From positions 64,776 through 128,775 of the forward strand of contig MU005989.1 in assembly GCA_010093745.1 (NCBI GenBank): a stretch of DNA of 64,000 nt, written 5' to 3'. The notes below the pieces were generated by a model. It searched no databases, was not told the origin of the DNA, and worked only from the letters and a program-made list of their open reading frames with translations. Position 1 is the stretch's first letter. Each line of letters opens with the position of its first letter. The translations under genes were made by a program, and so were the position numbers. This DNA is from Piedraia hortae CBS 480.64 (Eukaryota). Below, in pieces: positions 9,321 through 18,919 of this stretch.

Positions 9321-11210
9321 TCAACAAATATACGTCCCCAAAGGCAAACACTCCCCAACCTCCAACGTCTCATCACTCTCCAAAAGCTCCTCAATAATCT
9401 TAACATCCCTAATCCCCCAAAACCTATGCACCCCATCCACCAACCTCCTCGTCGCATCCTTCAAATCCGACTCATCTATCGCCGCAAAGCAAACCCTAAA
9501 ACACCTCCACCCCTCCCTCTCTTCCAACGTCGTCGTCACCGCAAACGTGTTCCCAGGTGAAACTAGAACACGAAAAGGTTTCCTAGTCCAGTATATCCAC
9601 AGCGCATGCGCGAACTGCTGGAGCCGGTTCTTCTGCTTATAATGCGCAAACAACGGGTGCGTTTCGAACAGTACCTTAAGCCATATAAACATCCCCCCCA
9701 GCGGGTGCGTGAAGGTGTAGATATCCTTTTGGGAAACGAGGTCCCAGTCTGAGATGTTGTCGTAGGACTTTCTGGGCGGGGATTGGGTTGCAGGCGCAAC
9801 GGTAGGGAGGGATTTCCCCTCATCGAGGATAGCTGTCATGGCGTGCATACGACGTTCGTAGTTCCCACGTAGACCTTCAAGCCAGCGGACGAATCCGTCG
9901 GGTTTCCAGGGTGTTTCTTCGTCCTTTGCGGCGGTGGGACCGACGAGGAGTTCGGCGATGATGCTCTGTACGAACCCGGAGGGTTGTTGGGTTGTTGTCT
10001 CCGTGATGCGGGTGAGTCGCTCGATCAGAGCCGGTTGGGCGGATATCCAGCCGAGACGACACCCCGGGGCGACGGTCTTGGAGAAGGAGTCGAGTCGGAT
10101 TACCCTCCCGTCGATGTCGATGGATATGTAGCTTGGTACCAAAGCGTCCAGGAAGGGGAATCCGGATTTCTTCCATGATTTGGGCTTCACCTCGCCATTG
10201 AGTAACATGTTCTGCTCCAGCTGCTTTGTGGTAGGGTATTGCAGGTACCAGTAGGGATCGTCTTCGATGATGACGATGTCATATTCGCAGCAGAGGGCGT
10301 ATATTTCCCTTCTACGCTGTAAAGAGAGTACGCCAGAGGTCGGATTCTGACCCATTGTCACTGTGTACATAACATGTGGCCTTATGCCTGTCCGCGGATC
10401 CCAGTTGCGCAGGACTTCTTCAAGCCCGCCAGGCCCGTACGCTTTCATGCCTTGCTGGTCCATGGCTACCGGTGCTAGGTTCAACCCGCGGGGCCGTGCG
10501 GTCTGGATGGCGTTCATGTATGTGAATTCCTCGCATAGCAAGCCTTCGCGTTTGCGGATGGGCGTCGATTCGCCCCACTCGTTCGTCAATGCCATGAGGC
10601 ACTTGTTGAAGCCGTCTGTATTGCCGCATGTGAGAAGGACTTCCGGTCCACCTCTATATGGACAATTTGGATGGAGTGCATTCTGCGTGAATTCTCGCAC
10701 GAAGCGAAATAGGGGTGGGTAGCCCAGCGCAGTGCCATACTGCAACGCAGAGCTGACATCGATGCGTTTGAATGGATCTGTTTCGTCGCTCATATGCGGC
10801 ACTCGGATAGCTTCGCTGGGTGGATTTTTGCCCCGGGACGTTGCAGGGGGGTCTACAGGGTCGTTAGGAGTTGGTTGCCATCGCTCTGGTTGGGCAACTT
10901 TTGCTTGCAGAGCATCGAAAGGGAAGTAGTAGTTGTTTGGTAGCCCGCCGGCGAGTTGTCCAATGCCGGGAATGGCAAAGTATTTGTAGAACTGCTTCAT
11001 CGAGCTTGGTTGTCTGCGTAGGGTGTTGCGCGACAAATGGTGGTTGAGGTTTTTGGGCGCTGGACGCGTGTCATGGTCCTGAATCGACATTTGGGACAGT
11101 ATTTTTGATGTCTCCATACTTCCTATGCTGTGGTCTTTAGTGCTATCGATATCGCTGCTGCTGTTGCAGTTCGCTGTGGCGCCCCCTGGGCCCACAAAAA
11201 CGAGCGCCAA
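9321..11210 (-). CDS. PLP-dependent class I/II aminotransferase, Aro8-like (aromatic/2-aminoadipate); true start uncertain
   Basis: GQNPTS, IIEDDPY and DSFSKTVAPGCRLGW (PLP lysine); LAGGLP near the N-terminus. Confidence 0.88.
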   Translation of the reverse strand: MALVFVGPGGATANCNSSSDIDSTKDHSIGSMETSKILSQMSIQDHDTRPAPKNLNHHLSRNTLRRQPSSMKQFYKYFAIPGIGQLAGGLPNNYYFPFDALQAKVAQPERWQPTPNDPVDPPATSRGKNPPSEAIRVPHMSDETDPFKRIDVSSALQYGTALGYPPLFRFVREFTQNALHPNCPYRGGPEVLLTCGNTDGFNKCLMALTNEWGESTPIRKREGLLCEEFTYMNAIQTARPRGLNLAPVAMDQQGMKAYGPGGLEEVLRNWDPRTGIRPHVMYTVTMGQNPTSGVLSLQRRREIYALCCEYDIVIIEDDPYWYLQYPTTKQLEQNMLLNGEVKPKSWKKSGFPFLDALVPSYISIDIDGRVIRLDSFSKTVAPGCRLGWISAQPALIERLTRITETTTQQPSGFVQSIIAELLVGPTAAKDEETPWKPDGFVRWLEGLRGNYERRMHAMTAILDEGKSLPTVAPATQSPPRKSYDNISDWDLVSQKDIYTFTHPLGGMFIWLKVLFETHPLFAHYKQKNRLQQFAHALWIYWTRKPFRVLVSPGNTFAVTTTLEEREGWRCFRVCFAAIDESDLKDATRRLVDGVHRFWGIRDVKIIEELLESDETLEVGECLPLGTYIC

Positions 11211-11370
11211 TTACTGCATTGGGAAGGAACAAACTCCATCTAGAATCATCTTGTGGAGATAAACGTGACGGCTTCGTGGGGAGGAAAAGAACTGACAGCT
11301 GTGGGTACCTATCCTGGCTAGTGGTCTTGTTCCTTTTGACCATCGACTCTTTCTGACCCATGACGGTATA

Positions 11371-11400
11371 TGTGTGTGTGTGTGTGTGTGCGTGCGCGCG
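11371..11400. repeat. (TG)n microsatellite grading into CG repeats
   Basis: tgtgtgtgtgtgtgtgtgtgcgtgcgcgcg. Confidence 0.9.
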
Positions 11401-13097
11401 CATCAATCGCTTTCTTGGCACGAACTTATAACGATACCGTCACAAGACATTCACGATCAAGAAGCAATGCAACGAACATTTACTATACAATATAGTAGAA
11501 TCAGGCCAACTTGCTGAGCGGAACTGAAACTAACCCTCAACTTACCCCGCATGCTGGGCTTGCCCAATTTTTGGGGGCATGCTGGGCGCATTCTGATCCT
11601 GATTGGTTCTTGGAATAGGAAATCATGTGATGCGGGAATGTTGGCGCAAGGGGTCTGCGGGGTCTCCGCAACAGCAACGGAAACTGGAATAACGCTCGCT
11701 AATACTAGTAGCTATTGGTTATTCACTACATATGTGTTATGTAGGGAGCAGTCGGCCCAGTTAGCGCTCGTAAAGAAAATTCAACTCAAGCAGGCTGTGC
11801 TGTATTTTGGGAAATTATTATCCACTGCAAATACCCCTGAAAGGTCGTCCTGTACAAACACAATGTGGAAAGAAACTACGCCGTAGAAGAGAAGGCGGTG
11901 AAGGCAGTGGAGAGAAAGTCCTGGAAGTGAGCTGAAGACCATCGAGGCTGGTCATTGCATTTTCGTCGGATCGAGTTCTCGCCCAAGACGTCAGCTTAGT
12001 CAAGGCCGGATCAACGTCTCGGAACGTTTGATCCAAAGGATTGAGGGGAACATTCCCCTCAACTCTAATTCTTACCATACTGACGTTACGAAGTGGCGAA
12101 CTCAACGCTCAGAACGTTTTCGTCGGGATGAAACGAGAATAAGACTGGTTGAAACTTGGCAATACGAATAGTCATTGCCGTGCAAAGGAGGCCATCCTGA
12201 GGACTAGGCCCTACCACTGGTGAGGTCCATCAGCCAATTCCTCGGCGTGACACAACAGTCAGGCACCTGCCACCAGCCCGCCTAACCAGACAGTCGTCAC
12301 AACTCAACTAGGATGCAGTACAACCTATCAATCCCTATAGTGGATAATTTACTGGCCCAACCTTATGCACACGAAGGGTGCAAATAGCACTTGATATATC
12401 CCGCTTCGGCTTAGTAGCCAGGGCAAGTGTGGGGGAGATGCAGCGCGTTCTTCGCTGCCTGCGGCACATGCATGCAGATGGGTATTTTTGTGGACGCAGG
12501 GATGTACACGCAACGACCTCACACGGACGAGGATCGCTTGGCTGGACCTGTAATGTGGAGCATGTTGAGTGGGAAAGAAACCGATACCACAATACTGGCA
12601 AGTGAGAGGTCATTTGGGGGGTGGAAAAGAGATGGACGTTGAGTCATCCTTCTACAAAATCAAAGTTGTATGCTGGTACTCAGGTTTGACAGACCACGTT
12701 TTACAGGCATCTTCAAAATAGATTCTGGGCGTTCGTGCGCCGCACGTGGCTACAGGCATCTATACATTTGGACAGTCTCTCTGCAGCAGCTCCGGGAAAA
12801 GAGGGGGGGGGAGGAGGGAGGGAGCATTGAGCTGCAGCCTTCTCTCCTCAACGAGTCCACAACAGTCGCCATCTCCGCACCTGACTGCACCATTGGCAAA
12901 ACTTTTACATGCTCAATTACCGTACCACCATGCTTCTCGTCTTCAAACGGACGAAAAGTCAAAACCGGAAGTTACACTTGCAGCAGATGAATATTTTCTC
13001 GTATAGGAAAGCTGAGGGCAAGTCGGTAGGACATACACGAGGTTGAATGCACGTCAACGCGTGATGACTGCATGCAGGAGAACCAGAGCCGATTGAC

Positions 13098-13103
13098 TAT
13101 AAA
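13098..13103 (+). promoter_or_regulatory. Putative TATA box
   Basis: TATAAA 90 nt upstream of ATG 13188, followed by a C/T-rich leader. Confidence 0.5.
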
Positions 13104-13187
13104 TCAGAGCTGAATCACCTCTCAGTCCATCCACCACAGCTCGTTCTCAATTCAATCACTCACAAGCCAACCCTTCCAATCCTCAAT

Positions 13188-13926
13188 ATGCAATTTACCA
13201 TCGCTTCTTTGGCCTTTTTGGCCAGCGTTGCCGCTGCCCTCCCCGGCAACACCTCCCCCAAGGGCTACGGTCCGACCACGACCTCGACTCCCACCTATCC
13301 TAAGGGCCCCTCGACGTCGACCAGCTGCTCCAAGTCGGTCGGTTATTCCACCTCGACTGGCAGCACGGTCATCACCGACACTGCGGTCACGACCGTCTTG
13401 GTGCCTAGCGTCATCTCGTCTGCCAAGCCCGAGACTTACACGACTCAAGTGCCAAAGGCGTGAGTTAACTGAGAAAGCATGCAGCTCTAACCTAACACTG
13501 GACAGCTACACCACAACCAACGTCAAGACGTACACTGATGTCGTCCCCTTTACTCACACGGCCGAGACTTGTGCTCCGTACACCAAGTCGGGCTCTGAGA
13601 AGAAGACGACGACTGTGGTCTCGTCGTACACGACAGTCATCACTACGTCTTCTGTTTCTGTCTATGATGTCCCCACCGTCAGCACTGGATGCTCCACTGT
13701 TGATGTGACCAGCGTCGGCTCTAGCAACGTCGTCAAGACGTCTGAAGTGGTTGAAACCGGCACCACCAACGTGCCCCAGGTCCTCACCACGACCGTCTAC
13801 GAGGCCATTACGACCAAGGTGTCGCAGCCCTCTACTGTGACCAGCGTCCACACCTCTGCCTATGTGACCAAGATCCCCACCACCGCTGAGCAGTGCACCA
13901 CCATCGTCAGCGGCGGTTACTATTAA
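13188..13926 (+). CDS. Secreted Ser/Thr/Val-rich cell-wall or adhesin-like protein; exons 13188-13459, 13506-13926
   Basis: Signal peptide MQFTIASLAFLASVAAALP; a 46-nt intron GTGAGT..CTAAC..CAG joins two ORFs in frame (VPKA|YTTTNVKT). Confidence 0.82.
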
Positions 13927-14154
13927 ACAGATGAGAAATGAATGAATGGGATCAAGATGCGATGGTAGCGTATGTAACACAGTCTTTGCGCAGAGACCCT
14001 CGAAAGTCCCTCTTCCACCCGCGTGACCTAACAAAAGTGCCACATCGTCTGCCGAAGTTTGATATAAAATGAACGATATGCCCATGAAAAGATAGCGTAC
14101 AGTGTATATAACGAACATTGAACCAGATCCTCCAACTCCAAAACTTGTACAAGA

Positions 14155-15360
14155 TCAAGTCAACGCCCACTCGTTGCCCGTATACTTGAACCAGTTCGGG
14201 CGACAATCCTCCCTGTTGAGCCAAGCCTCGCCATCAGTGAACCGACCAGGCACGCATCCCGTACACTTGGCTGAGTTCGGACAGTTGAAGAAGGGTATGT
14301 GCTGGTAACCAATATCCTTGAACCAGTGGATTTTGTTTTTGTCCTCGAAGAGGCCCAAGGCGATGGAGTGGACCGGGGCATCGCCCCAGCGCTCGTAGAA
14401 GAAGCCACCGGCACGGTCAAGGTGCTCAAAGTAGGCCTCGTAGGCAGGCGAGCGCCAAAAGTCCATGTTTGCAATTTCGAAATTGGACCAAAAATGGCAG
14501 GTCGAGTAACCATGGGCCTTGTGGTTGTGCTCTGGTCGACGATCTTTGTCCGTCATCCAGTCCATGGCGCTGTTGGGATGGATCAGTCGGCTGTTCTGCG
14601 AGAGGAACTTGATTGTCTCGGGCCACAGCGTTGCGATCGACTCTGGTGAGTCGTACAGGTTGATGGTGAAGCCGTACGTCTTGTTGTGGTCGCGCATGTA
14701 GCGGAAGACGTCGTAGTCGACGTCGCAGAAAAAGTGCACGTTGGGCTCCACGCGCCAATAGTATTGCATGTCTTGCAGTCCCGGGTGTTTGTAGAAAAGG
14801 CCGCTGTTCCACCGGCACATTTGATGGTACGATGTCAAGTGCGCGTACTGTACGTCTTGCTCTTTCAGGATCTCGGCCGACTCGTGCATAATGTCCAGGT
14901 TGATCCAGCTCGGTACGTCCCAGTGTTCGCGCGGGATCTCAAGATAGCGCACTTCGGCTTTGGTGTTCTCCCGCGTCACCGTCTTGAACTCTTCCGTAAA
15001 CGGCTCGTCGTTGAGAAAGGTCCATGGATAGTTGAACTTGTGGTTCCACGTGCGCTCCAGATCCTGCATCGACTGTACCAGCTGCGAGAGTTCCTTGTTG
15101 CGCACGAGAGAGAGGAGCGTTGCGTTGATGCGGTCGCTGTGCGGATTGTCGACATCGTAGTTGTTTCCATGTACCCGGTGTAGGTATCCCGGTGGCTCTC
15201 CCGTCTCGTCCAAATTTGGGTCCCGGATCATCTCCCCCTTCATGTCGTCGTCGCGCGACGGCGCCCGTAAGTGCGGTCCGCGCATGTATTGCATGGTAAG
15301 AAACAAAAAGAGCACCAGAGTCGCCGCGCCCAGTAGGCGAATCGGCTTTGAGATCGTCAT
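14155..15360 (-). CDS. GT15 alpha-1,2-mannosyltransferase (KRE2/KTR family); alternative ATG at 15408
   Basis: N-terminal signal anchor; SYHQMCRW, YYWRVEP, CHFWSNFEI and ERWGDAPVHS motifs. Confidence 0.93.
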   Translation of the reverse strand: MTISKPIRLLGAATLVLFLFLTMQYMRGPHLRAPSRDDDMKGEMIRDPNLDETGEPPGYLHRVHGNNYDVDNPHSDRINATLLSLVRNKELSQLVQSMQDLERTWNHKFNYPWTFLNDEPFTEEFKTVTRENTKAEVRYLEIPREHWDVPSWINLDIMHESAEILKEQDVQYAHLTSYHQMCRWNSGLFYKHPGLQDMQYYWRVEPNVHFFCDVDYDVFRYMRDHNKTYGFTINLYDSPESIATLWPETIKFLSQNSRLIHPNSAMDWMTDKDRRPEHNHKAHGYSTCHFWSNFEIANMDFWRSPAYEAYFEHLDRAGGFFYERWGDAPVHSIALGLFEDKNKIHWFKDIGYQHIPFFNCPNSAKCTGCVPGRFTDGEAWLNREDCRPNWFKYTGNEWALT

Positions 15361-15525
15361 CCTCTCTTGAAGTGGCAGGCTGCCTGAGCTATCCCTTCTC
15401 TTGCCCATTGCTCCTGTTGCCACGCGGCGGCGCTTTTATTTAGACTTGGAGAAACAAGGTGCGGCCCGGACCTAGCGCGGTGTGGAGGCGCCAACGACAG
15501 CGTTAAGCTCGGCGTCCCGTGGGGA

Positions 15526-17802
15526 ATGGCCCACGCCGCCCACGTCGCAGAGCTCGCCAGGGAGCTGTCTCTGAGCCTGGGCTGTAGCGACCCCAGTCAA
15601 ATCTGGAACGGAATCAAGAACCGACCCAGCATTACCGCGAACCAATTCCTTGTGCGAGATCGGCTCAATGGCCTCGTGGAGAAGTTCACCGTCAAAGGTC
15701 GCGACGATCTTGCAGACGCTCTCCAATCCAGACTAGATTGCCTACCTACCGCATGCGCCTGGCTCCCTGAAGCGCTTTTGCTCCTTCTCGAACTCTCAGA
15801 CAAGCCAGTGGAGAAGTCACGCCCATGCGATCTTAAGCAACCTGTAGACGCCCCGGTCTCTGAACTAGCATGGAACGAAATCATTTCCGACGATCCTCTC
15901 ACCGAAAAAGGCCTTTGGGACGACATTGAGCGATGCTCCCATTCCAGCGGCGAGATCATTAACGATTTCTTGTCCACAACCTCTGCAGAAACGATACCCG
16001 ATGACGAAGACGTCTACGATGTTGCAAAGGTATACATTATCCAGCCTAAGCCAGGTCTCTTACAAAATGTATCCCTACAGGGGACGTCGGAACTATCTCT
16101 TATCCGCGAAACAATTAACATGATGCGCGGTCTCCCGAGCAATGTCTATCGCGTAGATGAAGCCACGCTGACCATCACACCCGTTCCTGTCCGAATTCCT
16201 ACCGCTGCGTCATCCACATCGTTCGGTCTCTTGTCCACAGCGGCCGAAACGAGTAGTAAAATTGCCCTCCTCCGAAAATGGTGCAGAGTGGAAAGTGAGA
16301 TTCCCCACGTCCAGGCTGTACAATCTGCTGCTGAGGCACAGCTTTACGCTTTTTCTCAGAGTCTTGGTCGGGTCGAAAAGCGCTTCACCACCTCGCTGGA
16401 AGGGCGGGTCATAAGTCTTAATGATATAATCGTCGAGATTAGATCGCTCGCGCGGGGTATCGTTCACCTGGCGCGTACGCTGTGCAAGTATCATCCCGCC
16501 GCGCAGGGGTGTGGAGTTCTGGATACGTTGTATGAAGAGGTGGCTGTGCTGAGGACTGCAGGCGATGAAGTTGCTTTCGAGGCATTGTATTGCGTCTTTT
16601 ACGAGGGGATGAAGTGCTTTCTTCTGCGTGTGCATCGGTGGATTTGTATGGGGGAAGCTTCAGGTGATGATGTGGACATGCCAATGTTCCTCAAGCCATT
16701 TTCCCAGCGCATCATCGAGCTGAGTCGGGAGAGGGCTTTTGTTCACCTTCTCTCTCGTGAAGAGCCCGAAGATGAAGAGACGACACAGGCTTCACTTCCA
16801 ACATACTCCACATCTCTCCACGACCTAACCACCGATTCTTTCTTACCGTTTAGAGAATACCTCTCCGATATCATCTCAACTTGGCTCAATTTCATTCCCC
16901 GTCGCGAAGCGTCTCTACACTCTCTCCTCCAACCATATCTGACGAGTCTGCCGAGCGTCTTCTTCGCCGCGAACGGGGAGGCATATTCCGCTTTCGCGGA
17001 TGCAGCTTTTCGGATCCTAACCAAGAACGACCCAGGAGCTGAGTTCATCCTCTCAGAGATTGCAGAGGGTACGCTTGCTGCGGAGGGGGGTGGGGTTTCT
17101 ATCTCATTCCTTCCCCCATCAAAAGAAGTATCTCAAGCCCATCACCCAGAGGTAAGACCTGGAAATAGGTTCCCACCGGGAAGCATGCTCTCCCGCCTCG
17201 AAAACCTCACATTAACCTTCCACCCCAACTCACGAGCCGTGGAGATCCTCTTAGGGAGCGAAGCAATCCCCTCTAGCGAAGCAACCCTCCCATCTTCCTT
17301 CGCCAGGTCTTTCACAACCCTCCTCCGCCTAACCTACCTAACCTCCCACCTCCCCCGCCACCCCGCCCTCTTCACCCTCTCCACCCTCCTATCAATCCTA
17401 TCATCCTACTTCTCCCAAACCCCCATTGAACTGCACTCGACCCTCCTCGCAACCCTTCCCCCCGGCTTCGACGGGATAAAAGCCTCATGGGGGAGGTTTC
17501 GGAGGAATTTGGATGTAGCGATGCTGCTCGCGCCGGAATTAAGCGTATTGAGGGGGGCGGTGGAGGGGGTCATGTGCATGGCGGAGAAGGTGGGGAGCTG
17601 CTATGGGGATGCTTCGGGGAGGGATGCTTTTCAGGGTAGGGATGTTTCGCGAGAAAGAAGGAGGCTCGCTTCGCTTGACGAGGAGGTGAGGTTTCTGGTT
17701 GTGGGGTTGGAGAGTATAGCTCGCGCTGCGGGGAAGGATGGGAGGGAGGGGTATGCTGCGTTGGAGAGGTTGGGGGAGAAGTTGAGGGGGGTGTTTTTAT
17801 AA
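15526..17802 (+). CDS. Spc97/Spc98-family gamma-tubulin complex component, GCP5-like, with divergent C-terminus
   Basis: N-terminus ANQFLVRDRLNGLVEKF..DDLADALQSRL..WLPEALLLLLELSDKP and SELSLIRETINMMRGLP resemble fungal GCP5. Confidence 0.75.
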   Translation: MAHAAHVAELARELSLSLGCSDPSQIWNGIKNRPSITANQFLVRDRLNGLVEKFTVKGRDDLADALQSRLDCLPTACAWLPEALLLLLELSDKPVEKSRPCDLKQPVDAPVSELAWNEIISDDPLTEKGLWDDIERCSHSSGEIINDFLSTTSAETIPDDEDVYDVAKVYIIQPKPGLLQNVSLQGTSELSLIRETINMMRGLPSNVYRVDEATLTITPVPVRIPTAASSTSFGLLSTAAETSSKIALLRKWCRVESEIPHVQAVQSAAEAQLYAFSQSLGRVEKRFTTSLEGRVISLNDIIVEIRSLARGIVHLARTLCKYHPAAQGCGVLDTLYEEVAVLRTAGDEVAFEALYCVFYEGMKCFLLRVHRWICMGEASGDDVDMPMFLKPFSQRIIELSRERAFVHLLSREEPEDEETTQASLPTYSTSLHDLTTDSFLPFREYLSDIISTWLNFIPRREASLHSLLQPYLTSLPSVFFAANGEAYSAFADAAFRILTKNDPGAEFILSEIAEGTLAAEGGGVSISFLPPSKEVSQAHHPEVRPGNRFPPGSMLSRLENLTLTFHPNSRAVEILLGSEAIPSSEATLPSSFARSFTTLLRLTYLTSHLPRHPALFTLSTLLSILSSYFSQTPIELHSTLLATLPPGFDGIKASWGRFRRNLDVAMLLAPELSVLRGAVEGVMCMAEKVGSCYGDASGRDAFQGRDVSRERRRLASLDEEVRFLVVGLESIARAAGKDGREGYAALERLGEKLRGVFL

Positions 17803-17819
17803 AGGGTGTTTTTGAAGGG

Positions 17820-17853
17820 NNNNNNNNNNNNNNNNNNNNNNNNNNNNNNNNNN
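17820..17853. other. Assembly gap (34 N), followed by a (GAT)n run
   Basis: Run of N in the sequence. Confidence 1.
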
Positions 17854-18919
17854 GGTTTGATGATGATGATGATGGTGATGATTAGTCTGGTTTGTTTATG
17901 TATGAGTGTTATGGATGAGATATGGCCATATACTGAGTGCGACCGTGAAACGTTGTAATGGCTGCGCAATGATCTCGGAGGTGTATGACTTCCCGTTAAG
18001 GCGGGACTCTTCTGTGTCCCATTGTTGGAAAATATTTGATACAAGATGCGAAGGACTTGGAGCAAAACTATTTTCTCATGGGATACAGTTGCGTTTTGAT
18101 GCTGTAGAGTAGTGGTGAATTAATAAGGGTTGATGGTTCGAAGGGTGAAATGTCCAGTGGGGTGCCATTCATGCGTGGAGGGAATATTTAGAATACTGAG
18201 ATCATCGGTTAATGTATCCTACCAAAAATTGACATATTGTACCAGGCCAACGTCATGACGAGGTGGAATCATAAGCGGGAATCACACAAGAAATTGGAAC
18301 GTTGAAAAAAGTAAAAAAACATCCAATCATGCACAATTGCAAACCGGATTTGAACGAGCTAGAGTGACCGGTGTCCGCGACTTTAGCTTCTCACAAATTT
18401 TTTCCTTACGCTGTGGGGCCAGGTCGTGTCAGTTCGTGATCATTGTAAAAGTCATCCAATCTAATTCAGTGTAAATATTCTTGGCACGCACTTAGCTTTA
18501 CGCTTGATGCTCTACTACATCTTCAAGACAATGCAAAATCCTGGTCAACTCGTTTGCGCATTCTTACCTTGTGAATAGGATATGTAAGTAAGAGGCTTAT
18601 TTATGATACCCACCTTTGCGAATTCGCTCATTACAGTATCCAGCCAACGTTGATTCCTGATTTTCCCATCGGTTTACCTTAGCTGTGTGATTCTTGGTGT
18701 CGGTATATTGTAGGACCATGTATATGGTGACTCTCACTCGATTTGAAAATTTTACTGTCGTGGAAATTTTCCACCGTTAAACTACTACTGTAGCATCGAA
18801 ACCTCACCTCGTTCATAGGACTTTATCTACGGACTGGTGATCATTGAACTCACAAATCCCATATCGCGCTAAGTCATAAACACCCCACATATCATACACC
18901 TCCATTACAGTAAAATTAC

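Noticed and set aside
12640..12646. TGAGTCA as a Gcn4/CpcA site for the aminotransferase
   Set aside because: More than 1.3 kb away, and the 7-mer occurs elsewhere (e.g. ~9260, ~35027) at chance frequency.
17854..18919. AT-richer convergent intergenic region as an ncRNA or TE locus
   Set aside because: No recognisable RNA motif, terminal repeat or credible ORF seen by eye.
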